Part shown: piece after piece, positions 1 to 8,504 of the stretch
How positions within the stretch are numbered: the first letter of the stretch is position 1
Layout: every line of letters starts with the position of its first letter
Virus record (IMG/VR): IMGVR_UViG_3300032516_000008
Location: 29,092 to 93,091 of that record
DNA from: a virus
Lineage: Duplodnaviria; Heunggongvirae; Uroviricota; Caudoviricetes
Reading direction: 5' to 3' (one strand)
DNA: 64,000 nucleotides
Notes under the pieces: generated by a model
The model's database searches: none
Told to the model about the DNA's origin: nothing
What the model saw: the letters and a program-made list of their open reading frames with translations, nothing else
Translations under genes and position numbers: made by a program

Positions 1-1293
1 CAACTAGTTAATGGAAACGTAGTTGAGTCATTCATAATTGAATCTAACGGAACATCTATAGACGTCAACGACACTAATGCTATTAACTTTTTGATTGGTA
101 TTGCACTAACAGATATAATTAGGGTTACATACAAGTATAAGAAGGCTGATCCTGCAATTTTTAGTAATCAGCCTGTTGAGTCTATAAATTCTGTTACTAC
201 TAGTACAGGCCAGATATTACAAGAAGGCACGCAGTATCTGTTTAATAAAGTTGACAACATATTGCTTACAGGTAATTCAGTAGATGCTCAGCGCAGTGTT
301 CAATTGTTATTTGATGCAACTACCGGATTGCCAGTTGGCGATTTATTTGATTACAGCGAGAACGTTAGTTTAGTTGGTCAAGAATATAAATCATTAGGTA
401 AAAAGGGAATTGACAGATACACTATTGTAGTTATTGATCTTACTGGTACTATAGTGTATGATATTAACAATGATTACGTGCTACAGATGCCGACGACGCA
501 ATTCGGCTATATTAGTATTGCTAGATCATTGTTGTCAACTATTACTGATGGTCAAACCGTTATTGTGTCGTATAAATATGGAGAATCAATCACTGTTTCA
601 TACAATGTGAATTCACTAGTCAAGATAATACAAGATAAAGTAGATGTTCGTAGGCACATCACTGCTGATGTATTAGTCAAATCAGCTAATGAAATAAACG
701 TCGACATTGAATTCACAGTTAAGCTTAGATTGAATGCTGAAAGTCCTGTAGTTATTGACACGTTAACATCTGAATTATATACATTGTTTGATCAGAAAAA
801 TATGGGTGACCGTATCAATCAGAGTGACATTATTGCAATAGCTGACAACAATAACGGTGTTGACTACGTGATAATGCCATTGACAAAAATGGCAGTGTCA
901 GACGGTACTCATATTGCTAATGAAATTATCCAATCTAACACTGTATGGACGGTTTATCAGACAGGCATAACAACATCATATAGAACTGCAAGTAATGTGC
1001 TAAGATATAGTACTGCTGGAAGTGCTAGTGACGTATCTAAGTTCTGGAGAATTAGTGCAAATGATGTGGCATTACAATTAGTAAATTCGCGTGATGATGT
1101 TGTAAATGGTTTAAGTAGAGGGTTCATCGACAGTGACGGTTCATTATACGTTTCAACTGCTGACGGATCTAATCCTGACAATTATGTAATAACTGCTGCA
1201 TACAATGTTTCAGGCGAGACAGGATCAAAAGATATCGTGGTCACTGACTTAGATTACTTGAATTTGCAATCATTAGTAATTCACACAATTTAA
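1..1293 (+). CDS. baseplate J-like (gp6/gpJ family) baseplate wedge protein, 5'-partial; the frame is open from window position 1
   Basis: The ORF 91..1293 has no stop between position 1 and 91 in the same frame, so it continues upstream of the window. Motifs resemble the baseplate J family. It sits directly upstream of the giant fibre gene. Confidence 0.5.
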   Translation, partial: QLVNGNVVESFIIESNGTSIDVNDTNAINFLIGIALTDIIRVTYKYKKADPAIFSNQPVESINSVTTSTGQILQEGTQYLFNKVDNILLTGNSVDAQRSVQLLFDATTGLPVGDLFDYSENVSLVGQEYKSLGKKGIDRYTIVVIDLTGTIVYDINNDYVLQMPTTQFGYISIARSLLSTITDGQTVIVSYKYGESITVSYNVNSLVKIIQDKVDVRRHITADVLVKSANEINVDIEFTVKLRLNAESPVVIDTLTSELYTLFDQKNMGDRINQSDIIAIADNNNGVDYVIMPLTKMAVSDGTHIANEIIQSNTVWTVYQTGITTSYRTASNVLRYSTAGSASDVSKFWRISANDVALQLVNSRDDVVNGLSRGFIDSDGSLYVSTADGSNPDNYVITAAYNVSGETGSKDIVVTDLDYLNLQSLVIHTI

Positions 1294-1306
1294 TGTGAGG
1301 TAGATC

Positions 1307-4300
1307 TTGGCAATACCTGTAACAAATAGTAATATATCCACTAGTTGGTGTACTAGCTTTTTTGCTGTCATACTAGAGACTAATGAACCCAGTCATTCGT
1401 ACTATACATTAGATGGATCAGATCCATTAATTCTCATAAATCCGTCTAGACGACTATATACTACACCGTTCATTATTGAGACTGAAGGCACGACAACTGT
1501 AAAATACTACTCAATTAGTATATCTACTAGTGAAGCAAATGCTGTACAGACTGAATCTGTCAAGATTGACGGTATTGCTCCGGTATCTACAATTCATGTC
1601 AATATCCAACCCGATGGTGAAAATGGTTGGTATCAATCACTACCGGTCATAACAATAACTGCTAATGATATTGTTTCTGGCGTTGACAAAATCTATTACT
1701 CTTGGGACGGCACTACATTCCAAGAATACTCTGTAGCTCTTACAATACCTGGTGAAGGTATTCACTATTTGCAGGTCTATGCTACAGATACTGCTAGTAA
1801 CAAAGAAGATATTCAAACTATAGTCTTCAAGTACGATAACGACGCACCGACGACTGCTATTACAGTTCCGTTAGACGTCGTTCATGTACCTGTAACTATT
1901 AACTTCACTATAACTGATTCTGCTTCTGGTCAACAGTCAACATACTATACTACAAATGGCACTACTCCAACTAGAGATTTGACGCCTGCAACATCATTTG
2001 AGATCAAGACGTCAGGTTTATATGTTGTAAAGTTCTTCTCTGTGGATAATGCTGGAAACGTTGAGACTGTTAAAGAGTCAATACCGTTTAGAGTTGAAAT
2101 TTCGACTGGTGCTTTACAAGTATTGATGACTGAAAGTTTTCCGATTAATGGTGAAAACGGTTGGTATAAATCATCACCACAAATCGGATTACTAACTACT
2201 AAACCTGACTTAGTAACTCAATTACAGTACAAGATTGCGCCTAGAAACAAACCCACAACAGCAACGTATACAAGTACTGTTCAAATCACTGGACTGATTG
2301 ATTTGTCCGGTGGTTCATTTATTGCTCTTGAGATTGATCAGTCTAATACACCAATTGTCATTAACATTCGCGGTGTAGATTCCACAAAGACGTCAATACA
2401 AGACATTATTGATCAGATCAATAATACAATTGGTGGTGATGTACCGATAGCTACAGAGACTGGTTCTGATGGCTTAGCGGGTACTGGTTATGTTACAGTT
2501 ACATCGCCAACTAGTGGTTCAGGATTATCCACATCAGAAATTAAGTTTGTAAGTCCAGGAACATATGATGCAACAGAGACTGTATTTGGTCTTAGTGTTG
2601 ACATGTATCCTCATACATTTACAGAAACGTATTTGTATGTAAATTATACTGGTCATTTTGTGCTTCCTGGTGATGGTATTTGGGAAGTAGCTGCTACTGC
2701 AAGTACTGACACTGAGACAGCAACTGTAGAGAAAGTTTATCAGTTAGATTCCACTGCTCCAGTTACTACTTTGACAGTAGTTCCAGATCATGGTAGTGGA
2801 TATTATACTACTACACCTGATATTTCGTTTTCAGCTGTAGATATTACTTCAGGTGTAAGTAAGATAATCTATCAGTTCGATGAAGATCCTACTTTAGAGT
2901 ATCATCCTGAAGATGGACCGATACAATTACCTTATACTTCAAAAGTAATTCGACTGATATATTTCTCTGTTGATGTTTCTGGAAACGTAGAAACACCACA
3001 AGAACGTCTGTTTGATTATGATTTTATTGAGCCAAGTACTGCGACTGATGCTACTGCAATTAATGCATACAATGATCTCAATATAATCTTGTCGTGGGCC
3101 CATGTAATTGAAAATAATGATTTTTATCCGATGTTGACAGATTCATTGCGACAAAATTTGACGACATATACTGATTGGTCGTCAATGATGACGTATTTGA
3201 ATGTAATGAACGTAGATTCAACTGTCAAAGTGTTTACAGCTGACGCTCTGACTAATTTTTTAACGACATCAGTGTCACATAATCTTAATACGGGTAATGT
3301 ACTACAGTTTCAAACAACGGTGCAATTGCCTGATCCGTTATTGACTGGTAGATATTACTACGCAGTTAGAATATCGGCGACTCAAATTCGAGTAGCTGAT
3401 ACTTATCGTAATGCTCTCGCAAATCATTGGATTGATATAACTAATGCAGGCATCGGTATACAGTCATTAAATCGAGCAAAACCAGAAATAGTAGTATCAG
3501 ATCCATTACGTATATTCTTGAAGCCCGTAGATGATAGGCAATATACAATAACAGATGAAATAATATCGACTAAAGATGACACTAAAAACGAACTTACGAT
3601 CGCTCATAAGTTCTTGTTTAGTGTTTCTAACGTATACAACGAAACAACAGCTACTACATTAACTGTAAGTTACATTTCTGACAACAAGATCTATACTAAC
3701 GAAGCGTTTGTAGATACTGACGTTATCAAAGTCAGTTATATCTATTGCGGCATCAGTCATGTCTATTATGCAATAAATGGTCAGCCTACAACATTATCAC
3801 CTGAAGGTACAACAATTGACCTTCTTGAAAATGGCGTTAGTACTATTAAGTGGTTTGCCGTTGATGCTGCCGGTAACACTGAAGATGTAAAAGATCTTGG
3901 TGCGACTGTTGCAATTTTGAATCGAGCTCCTGTAGTTAATGTAAGTATTGTAAAGAATACTGATTATACAGATTTCTCACCAAATGGTGATAATGGGTGG
4001 TATAGACTCGATCCATCTGATATTCCATTACGACCATCAATAAAAGCTGAAGTTTCAAGTCCTAATGTGTTTGTGTTTAATGAGCATTCTACATTAATAA
4101 GTGTGTCTGGTCCGGGACCATTCACTTGCGTATATCAAACATTACAGATCAATACGACATATGAGACACTAACTGCTGCTACTAGAGTGCAAAATAAAAC
4201 ACAGTTAGAAACATATGCTGTCGTTTCTGTGTCAGGAAATCAAATAACGATTACAGCCAATGCAGTGCCATTAATTAGTGACAATGTTGAAGTAGACTAT

Positions 4301-7300
4301 ACGTATTGTACATTGTTTGATACAGCATTAGGATCTAACGCTAAGCAAATAATTATTGGTGACATTGATGATCCTGATATTGAAGTTGACTTTTCTGACA
4401 AGACTGATCCGTTTATCTATCCTGACGATATAGTTCCGCCTATACCGTCGTATGACATACAAGGCCCGAAAGACATAACGACTATAGTAGTTGACAAGCG
4501 TGGTCGACAGACTACAAACACTTCTATACCACAATTGTCTAGTCGCAATACATTAAAGTTGGATACTAATCCGCCGATTTCAACTGATGATGCTATTAGT
4601 GGTTGGACGGTAAATAATGTCACAGTTACGATTACTTCTAATGATTATGAAGTACCGTTACCTGATCCATATCATCAGTCATCGTCAGGTACTAACAGGA
4701 TATTATATAGCACTGATGGAACAGATCCGACAATATTAGGTCCTGCATCTTCGGTCGTATTGACGCTTTCTAGTACTGGTCAATACATTGTAAAGTATCG
4801 CGGTGTTGACAATGCTGGAAATTACGAAATTATTGAAGAATCGTTGCCAGTACAGATTGACAAGACTGCTCCTGAAACTACAGTTGACGCATTGCCACCA
4901 GATGGTAATAATAATTGGTATGTGACATCGCCAAGTATAGATTTAGATGCAGTTGATCCGGATTCAGGAGTCTATCGTACATATTACAAATGGGATAATG
5001 TAATTGCTTATTCGACATATTTGTCATCATTGTTGATACCGTCTGAAGGTATTCACGTATTACACTTTTATAGTGTCGATAACGTTGGTAATGTTGAATC
5101 TGTAAAGCAGCATATTTTTAAGCTCGATACTACAATACCAATCACTACAGATAGTATAACGACAAATTGGACAAATGACGCATTACTGCAATTGACAATT
5201 GACGCTGTACATTCCAGTGTTTATCGAACATATTATGAATTTGCAGTAGATCCAATAATACCGCCTGATCCTACTACAAGTTCATCATATACTGTCACAG
5301 AAAAAATACCGTTTGCTGCAAGTGGTATTTACAACATCAAGTATTTTACAGTTGACAATGCTGGTAACGTTGAAGCTGTGAAGACTGCTTCAAATTCATT
5401 GCGATTAGATTTAGAGAAACCGGCTGTAACGTCTATAGATCCTGCAAATCTTGTATTTACAGTACAGACACATTTGACTGTGAATTTTGCTGATGCATTG
5501 TCTGGTATTGATGTTGATACTGTTAGAATAGTTGTTGACGATATTGAGTATTCTACAAGTAAGAATTCAGCATTCTTTTCATATACGGGTGTGTTACCAT
5601 ATAATACTTTGCAAGTTCAAGTTGGACCAATTGCAAGTATTCCAAATTTTCAAGATCTAGATAATGTTGTTATTTATGCTAATGATAATGCTGGTAACGC
5701 GTTAATCCCTGTTGTAGTTGGTATATTTCCGACAGATACGACTGCGCCGTATATTAGAGGGTTTTGGCCGAAGCATAAAGCTGAGGATGTGTCTAGAGAT
5801 ACAAATGTGATGATTTTCTTGGATGATGACGTGTCTGGTGTCGATTTGCGAACTGTTAGTGTTAAGATTGCAAATACTACTTACACTGTGCTTACTACAG
5901 ATGTGATAGCTGTTACTTATTCTGGTTTATTGCCGGATGTGTTTTTAGATGTGCTTGATAACAATTTGTATGTGACAGTTGGTGGTATAGTAGTTGCCAC
6001 AGCAAATTTGACGCATGATCAGTATTCAACGGTTAAGAAAGTTAGTGTATTTTTAGATGCGATACCGGGATTTACTGCGGTTGTTATTGATAAGGATTAT
6101 GATCAGATTTCAAGTTTAGAGTTCATTAATTTGTATCATGTGCAAGTGAATCCGACGTTTACAATGTTTGTGGCTAGATTTGAAGATAACAAGAATGTGT
6201 ACTTTATACCGAGAAGTCGCGGTTATCTACTTGCAATTACACCGTCAGAGACGTTTGAAGATAAGTACATGGTTAATGTGTCAGTTGATGCTAGAGATTA
6301 TAGTAACAATGTAATGACGACTGAGAATTACTTTTTCACTTGTAAAGATATAGCTACGCCGCCAAGAGAGTATAGGGATAGATGGTATCAGTATCATATT
6401 GATATTGTGAATAGGATTTTGGGTAATTTAGAGAGTACGTATAATAAGGATTCAGAGTCAACAGTGTTTTATGGTTATTTCAAGTCATTGGCTCTTGAAA
6501 TTGCCAGATCAATGCAAGTGACAGAAGATTATTCTCGTGACAATTATTATCAGCAGACACGATCAGAATTGTTGTATCAGAATTTGGGATATTTGTTGAA
6601 GTTTGAGCCAAGGGCAGATTTTTCGCATGATAGATATCGAGAAGTGTTGTTAGTGTTGATGCAGATGTTTTTCAAGGGATCAACCAAGGAGAGCTTGATT
6701 GAGGGTTTGTCAGTATTTCTTGGTGTGCAATCTGTTTCTATTCGAGAGTATTTGAATAATATAGCATGGCAATTCATGTTTTCGTTTGATGTTAATATTG
6801 GGACGATACCTATTAGAAATTGGGACGAGTTTAATGCAAATGTAACTGCAGTATTGAAATTGGTTAAGCCGGCACATACTTATTTCTTGTTAAGGTATGT
6901 ATTCTCTGAGATTATTAGGACTAAGGACATACAAGATGAGATTGTTAGGTGGGATTTTGCTTATCGTGGCACTGAAGATGTTCGCACAGATTGCGCAGCT
7001 AAATACAAGAAAGCAGAGATAATAACAGAGAACGTGACAGCTCAGTTTGATGGTACAAACAATTGTTGTTATGCATATTATAAACCGATATTGAACATAG
7101 CTGAGACAAAGATAACTACTGATCCAACAGACATCCAGCTTGTAGTTACGCCTGCTGGCCCACCGATATCTGTGATATCAGTTAACGGGTTTACTGGTAA
7201 GATATGTTTAAGTAGGAACCCATTAGTGACAGAGACTGTCAAAATTATCTACAAATTTAATAAATACGTCATATACAGAGAACTTAGATTATATACGAAT

Positions 7301-7780
7301 ACTTATACAGTTACTGCTGGTGCTTTTGATTTAACTAAGAAAGCGCTGCTGAATCAGGTTAATGTTCCTAGTGACGCAATAATTGCATATGATATTCCTG
7401 AAGGATTACATGCACATATATGCGAGACAAGAATGTTCTCAGATGTGCATTGGGGTGGACTTAACGAAATAGTTAAGAAACCTGAAGAGACATTATTTTT
7501 TAATGCTAGTGATTTTAATCACGAGCGAGTTGAGTTAGACATAAAAGAGAAAGTTAATTTTGGTATATTGGCTAGAGAGCAATTTGAGTTGCCTATTGAG
7601 CAAGTGATGATGAGATTTGCAATACCGTATCTTGAGAGTGTTACAACTGTAGATAATGAATATGGTTTTTGTCACGAAACAAATGCTCATCCGTTTACAA
7701 CAAATGATTTAGATTCTATTACTAATGAGTCTACAGATATGTTGTTCTTCTGGATTGAACGATTCTTTGGAGGATTTTAA
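1307..7780 (+). CDS. giant tail fibre/baseplate-associated protein (2157 aa) with N-terminal chitobiase/beta-hexosaminidase C-terminal domain (CHB_HEX_C)-like domain and at least 8 tandem Ig-like repeats
   Basis: TTG start with a GAGG ribosome-binding site 7 nt upstream. The repeat motif DG-x-NGWY...SGV...Y..DG...Y...G.H.....D.AGN.E recurs at least 8 times. N-terminus has a YTLDGSDP domain motif. A bacterial Ig-like domain follows near residue 1480, then about 600 aa of unknown C-terminal sequence. Confidence 0.7.
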   Translation: MAIPVTNSNISTSWCTSFFAVILETNEPSHSYYTLDGSDPLILINPSRRLYTTPFIIETEGTTTVKYYSISISTSEANAVQTESVKIDGIAPVSTIHVNIQPDGENGWYQSLPVITITANDIVSGVDKIYYSWDGTTFQEYSVALTIPGEGIHYLQVYATDTASNKEDIQTIVFKYDNDAPTTAITVPLDVVHVPVTINFTITDSASGQQSTYYTTNGTTPTRDLTPATSFEIKTSGLYVVKFFSVDNAGNVETVKESIPFRVEISTGALQVLMTESFPINGENGWYKSSPQIGLLTTKPDLVTQLQYKIAPRNKPTTATYTSTVQITGLIDLSGGSFIALEIDQSNTPIVINIRGVDSTKTSIQDIIDQINNTIGGDVPIATETGSDGLAGTGYVTVTSPTSGSGLSTSEIKFVSPGTYDATETVFGLSVDMYPHTFTETYLYVNYTGHFVLPGDGIWEVAATASTDTETATVEKVYQLDSTAPVTTLTVVPDHGSGYYTTTPDISFSAVDITSGVSKIIYQFDEDPTLEYHPEDGPIQLPYTSKVIRLIYFSVDVSGNVETPQERLFDYDFIEPSTATDATAINAYNDLNIILSWAHVIENNDFYPMLTDSLRQNLTTYTDWSSMMTYLNVMNVDSTVKVFTADALTNFLTTSVSHNLNTGNVLQFQTTVQLPDPLLTGRYYYAVRISATQIRVADTYRNALANHWIDITNAGIGIQSLNRAKPEIVVSDPLRIFLKPVDDRQYTITDEIISTKDDTKNELTIAHKFLFSVSNVYNETTATTLTVSYISDNKIYTNEAFVDTDVIKVSYIYCGISHVYYAINGQPTTLSPEGTTIDLLENGVSTIKWFAVDAAGNTEDVKDLGATVAILNRAPVVNVSIVKNTDYTDFSPNGDNGWYRLDPSDIPLRPSIKAEVSSPNVFVFNEHSTLISVSGPGPFTCVYQTLQINTTYETLTAATRVQNKTQLETYAVVSVSGNQITITANAVPLISDNVEVDYTYCTLFDTALGSNAKQIIIGDIDDPDIEVDFSDKTDPFIYPDDIVPPIPSYDIQGPKDITTIVVDKRGRQTTNTSIPQLSSRNTLKLDTNPPISTDDAISGWTVNNVTVTITSNDYEVPLPDPYHQSSSGTNRILYSTDGTDPTILGPASSVVLTLSSTGQYIVKYRGVDNAGNYEIIEESLPVQIDKTAPETTVDALPPDGNNNWYVTSPSIDLDAVDPDSGVYRTYYKWDNVIAYSTYLSSLLIPSEGIHVLHFYSVDNVGNVESVKQHIFKLDTTIPITTDSITTNWTNDALLQLTIDAVHSSVYRTYYEFAVDPIIPPDPTTSSSYTVTEKIPFAASGIYNIKYFTVDNAGNVEAVKTASNSLRLDLEKPAVTSIDPANLVFTVQTHLTVNFADALSGIDVDTVRIVVDDIEYSTSKNSAFFSYTGVLPYNTLQVQVGPIASIPNFQDLDNVVIYANDNAGNALIPVVVGIFPTDTTAPYIRGFWPKHKAEDVSRDTNVMIFLDDDVSGVDLRTVSVKIANTTYTVLTTDVIAVTYSGLLPDVFLDVLDNNLYVTVGGIVVATANLTHDQYSTVKKVSVFLDAIPGFTAVVIDKDYDQISSLEFINLYHVQVNPTFTMFVARFEDNKNVYFIPRSRGYLLAITPSETFEDKYMVNVSVDARDYSNNVMTTENYFFTCKDIATPPREYRDRWYQYHIDIVNRILGNLESTYNKDSESTVFYGYFKSLALEIARSMQVTEDYSRDNYYQQTRSELLYQNLGYLLKFEPRADFSHDRYREVLLVLMQMFFKGSTKESLIEGLSVFLGVQSVSIREYLNNIAWQFMFSFDVNIGTIPIRNWDEFNANVTAVLKLVKPAHTYFLLRYVFSEIIRTKDIQDEIVRWDFAYRGTEDVRTDCAAKYKKAEIITENVTAQFDGTNNCCYAYYKPILNIAETKITTDPTDIQLVVTPAGPPISVISVNGFTGKICLSRNPLVTETVKIIYKFNKYVIYRELRLYTNTYTVTAGAFDLTKKALLNQVNVPSDAIIAYDIPEGLHAHICETRMFSDVHWGGLNEIVKKPEETLFFNASDFNHERVELDIKEKVNFGILAREQFELPIEQVMMRFAIPYLESVTTVDNEYGFCHETNAHPFTTNDLDSITNESTDMLFFWIERFFGGF

Positions 7781-7921
7781 TGCAGATTAAGCAGGCTAAA
7801 AAGGCAGCACCGGCAATGAAAGAGCAAGTGCCTCGAGTTAAGTCTGATGCAGCTATTGGTATAATGAAGCATAAAGATGGAACCATTGAGAAGAGAAAAT
7901 TCTAACAAATTTGGAGGAAAT

Positions 7922-8446
7922 ATGCAAGAGACTAATTATCGATGGATTAAGCGTGGTGACATCTTCATGACAATGAAGCATAAAGATGGTACTATTGAGA
8001 CACGTGTAGAACAGAATGTAATTGTAGATCAAGCATCTTATTTGATGGCACAGTTGATGTCAGATAATGCCGGTCTGGGAACTTATGTGCCTGGGTTGAA
8101 GACATTAGCAGTTGGTACTGGCGATCCCGGTTGGGATTTGCAGAATCCGCCTGTTGCAACTGCAGTGCAAATAGCGCTTGTTAATGAGTTGTTTAGAAAG
8201 ATATTCAATCGAGTGTATTATGTAGATACGCTTGGTGTTGAGTCACTGACTCGTACCAATATAGTTGATTTTGAGACAGTGTATAATGATACAGAAGCTG
8301 TTGGTGCGCTTGTTGAAATGTCATTATTTGGCGGGACTGGATCAACAACGCCGGGCGGCGGAGATATGGTGAACTATCATACGTTCCCTGTCTGGAACAA
8401 ACCAAGTACATCTACGCTGACAATCTGTTGGAGATTGACATTTTAA
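7922..8446 (+). CDS. tail-collar fibre-like N-terminal domain protein (small virion or tail-fibre accessory protein)
   Basis: GGAGG ribosome-binding site before the ATG at 7922 (track ORF starts at 7877). The motif LKTLAVGTGDPGW resembles the phage tail-collar fibre domain. Located in the structural module. Confidence 0.4.
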   Translation: MQETNYRWIKRGDIFMTMKHKDGTIETRVEQNVIVDQASYLMAQLMSDNAGLGTYVPGLKTLAVGTGDPGWDLQNPPVATAVQIALVNELFRKIFNRVYYVDTLGVESLTRTNIVDFETVYNDTEAVGALVEMSLFGGTGSTTPGGGDMVNYHTFPVWNKPSTSTLTICWRLTF

Positions 8447-8504
8447 GTGAGCTAACATGCCTAGTTGACTTAAGGTGAGAAATAAAAATGAATGAAGGGT
8501 TGAC

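Noticed and set aside
552-1181. Minus-strand ORFs 552..761 and 957..1181 inside the baseplate gene
   Set aside because: They are fully embedded antisense to a long, well-supported CDS, have low-complexity composition and no ribosome-binding site, so they are likely spurious. The same applies to the other short antisense ORFs in the track (4328-4623, 8696-10939 minus, 15526-15723, 18276-19053, 19388-19981, 20869-21243, 22656-24390 minus, 31716-32426 and others).
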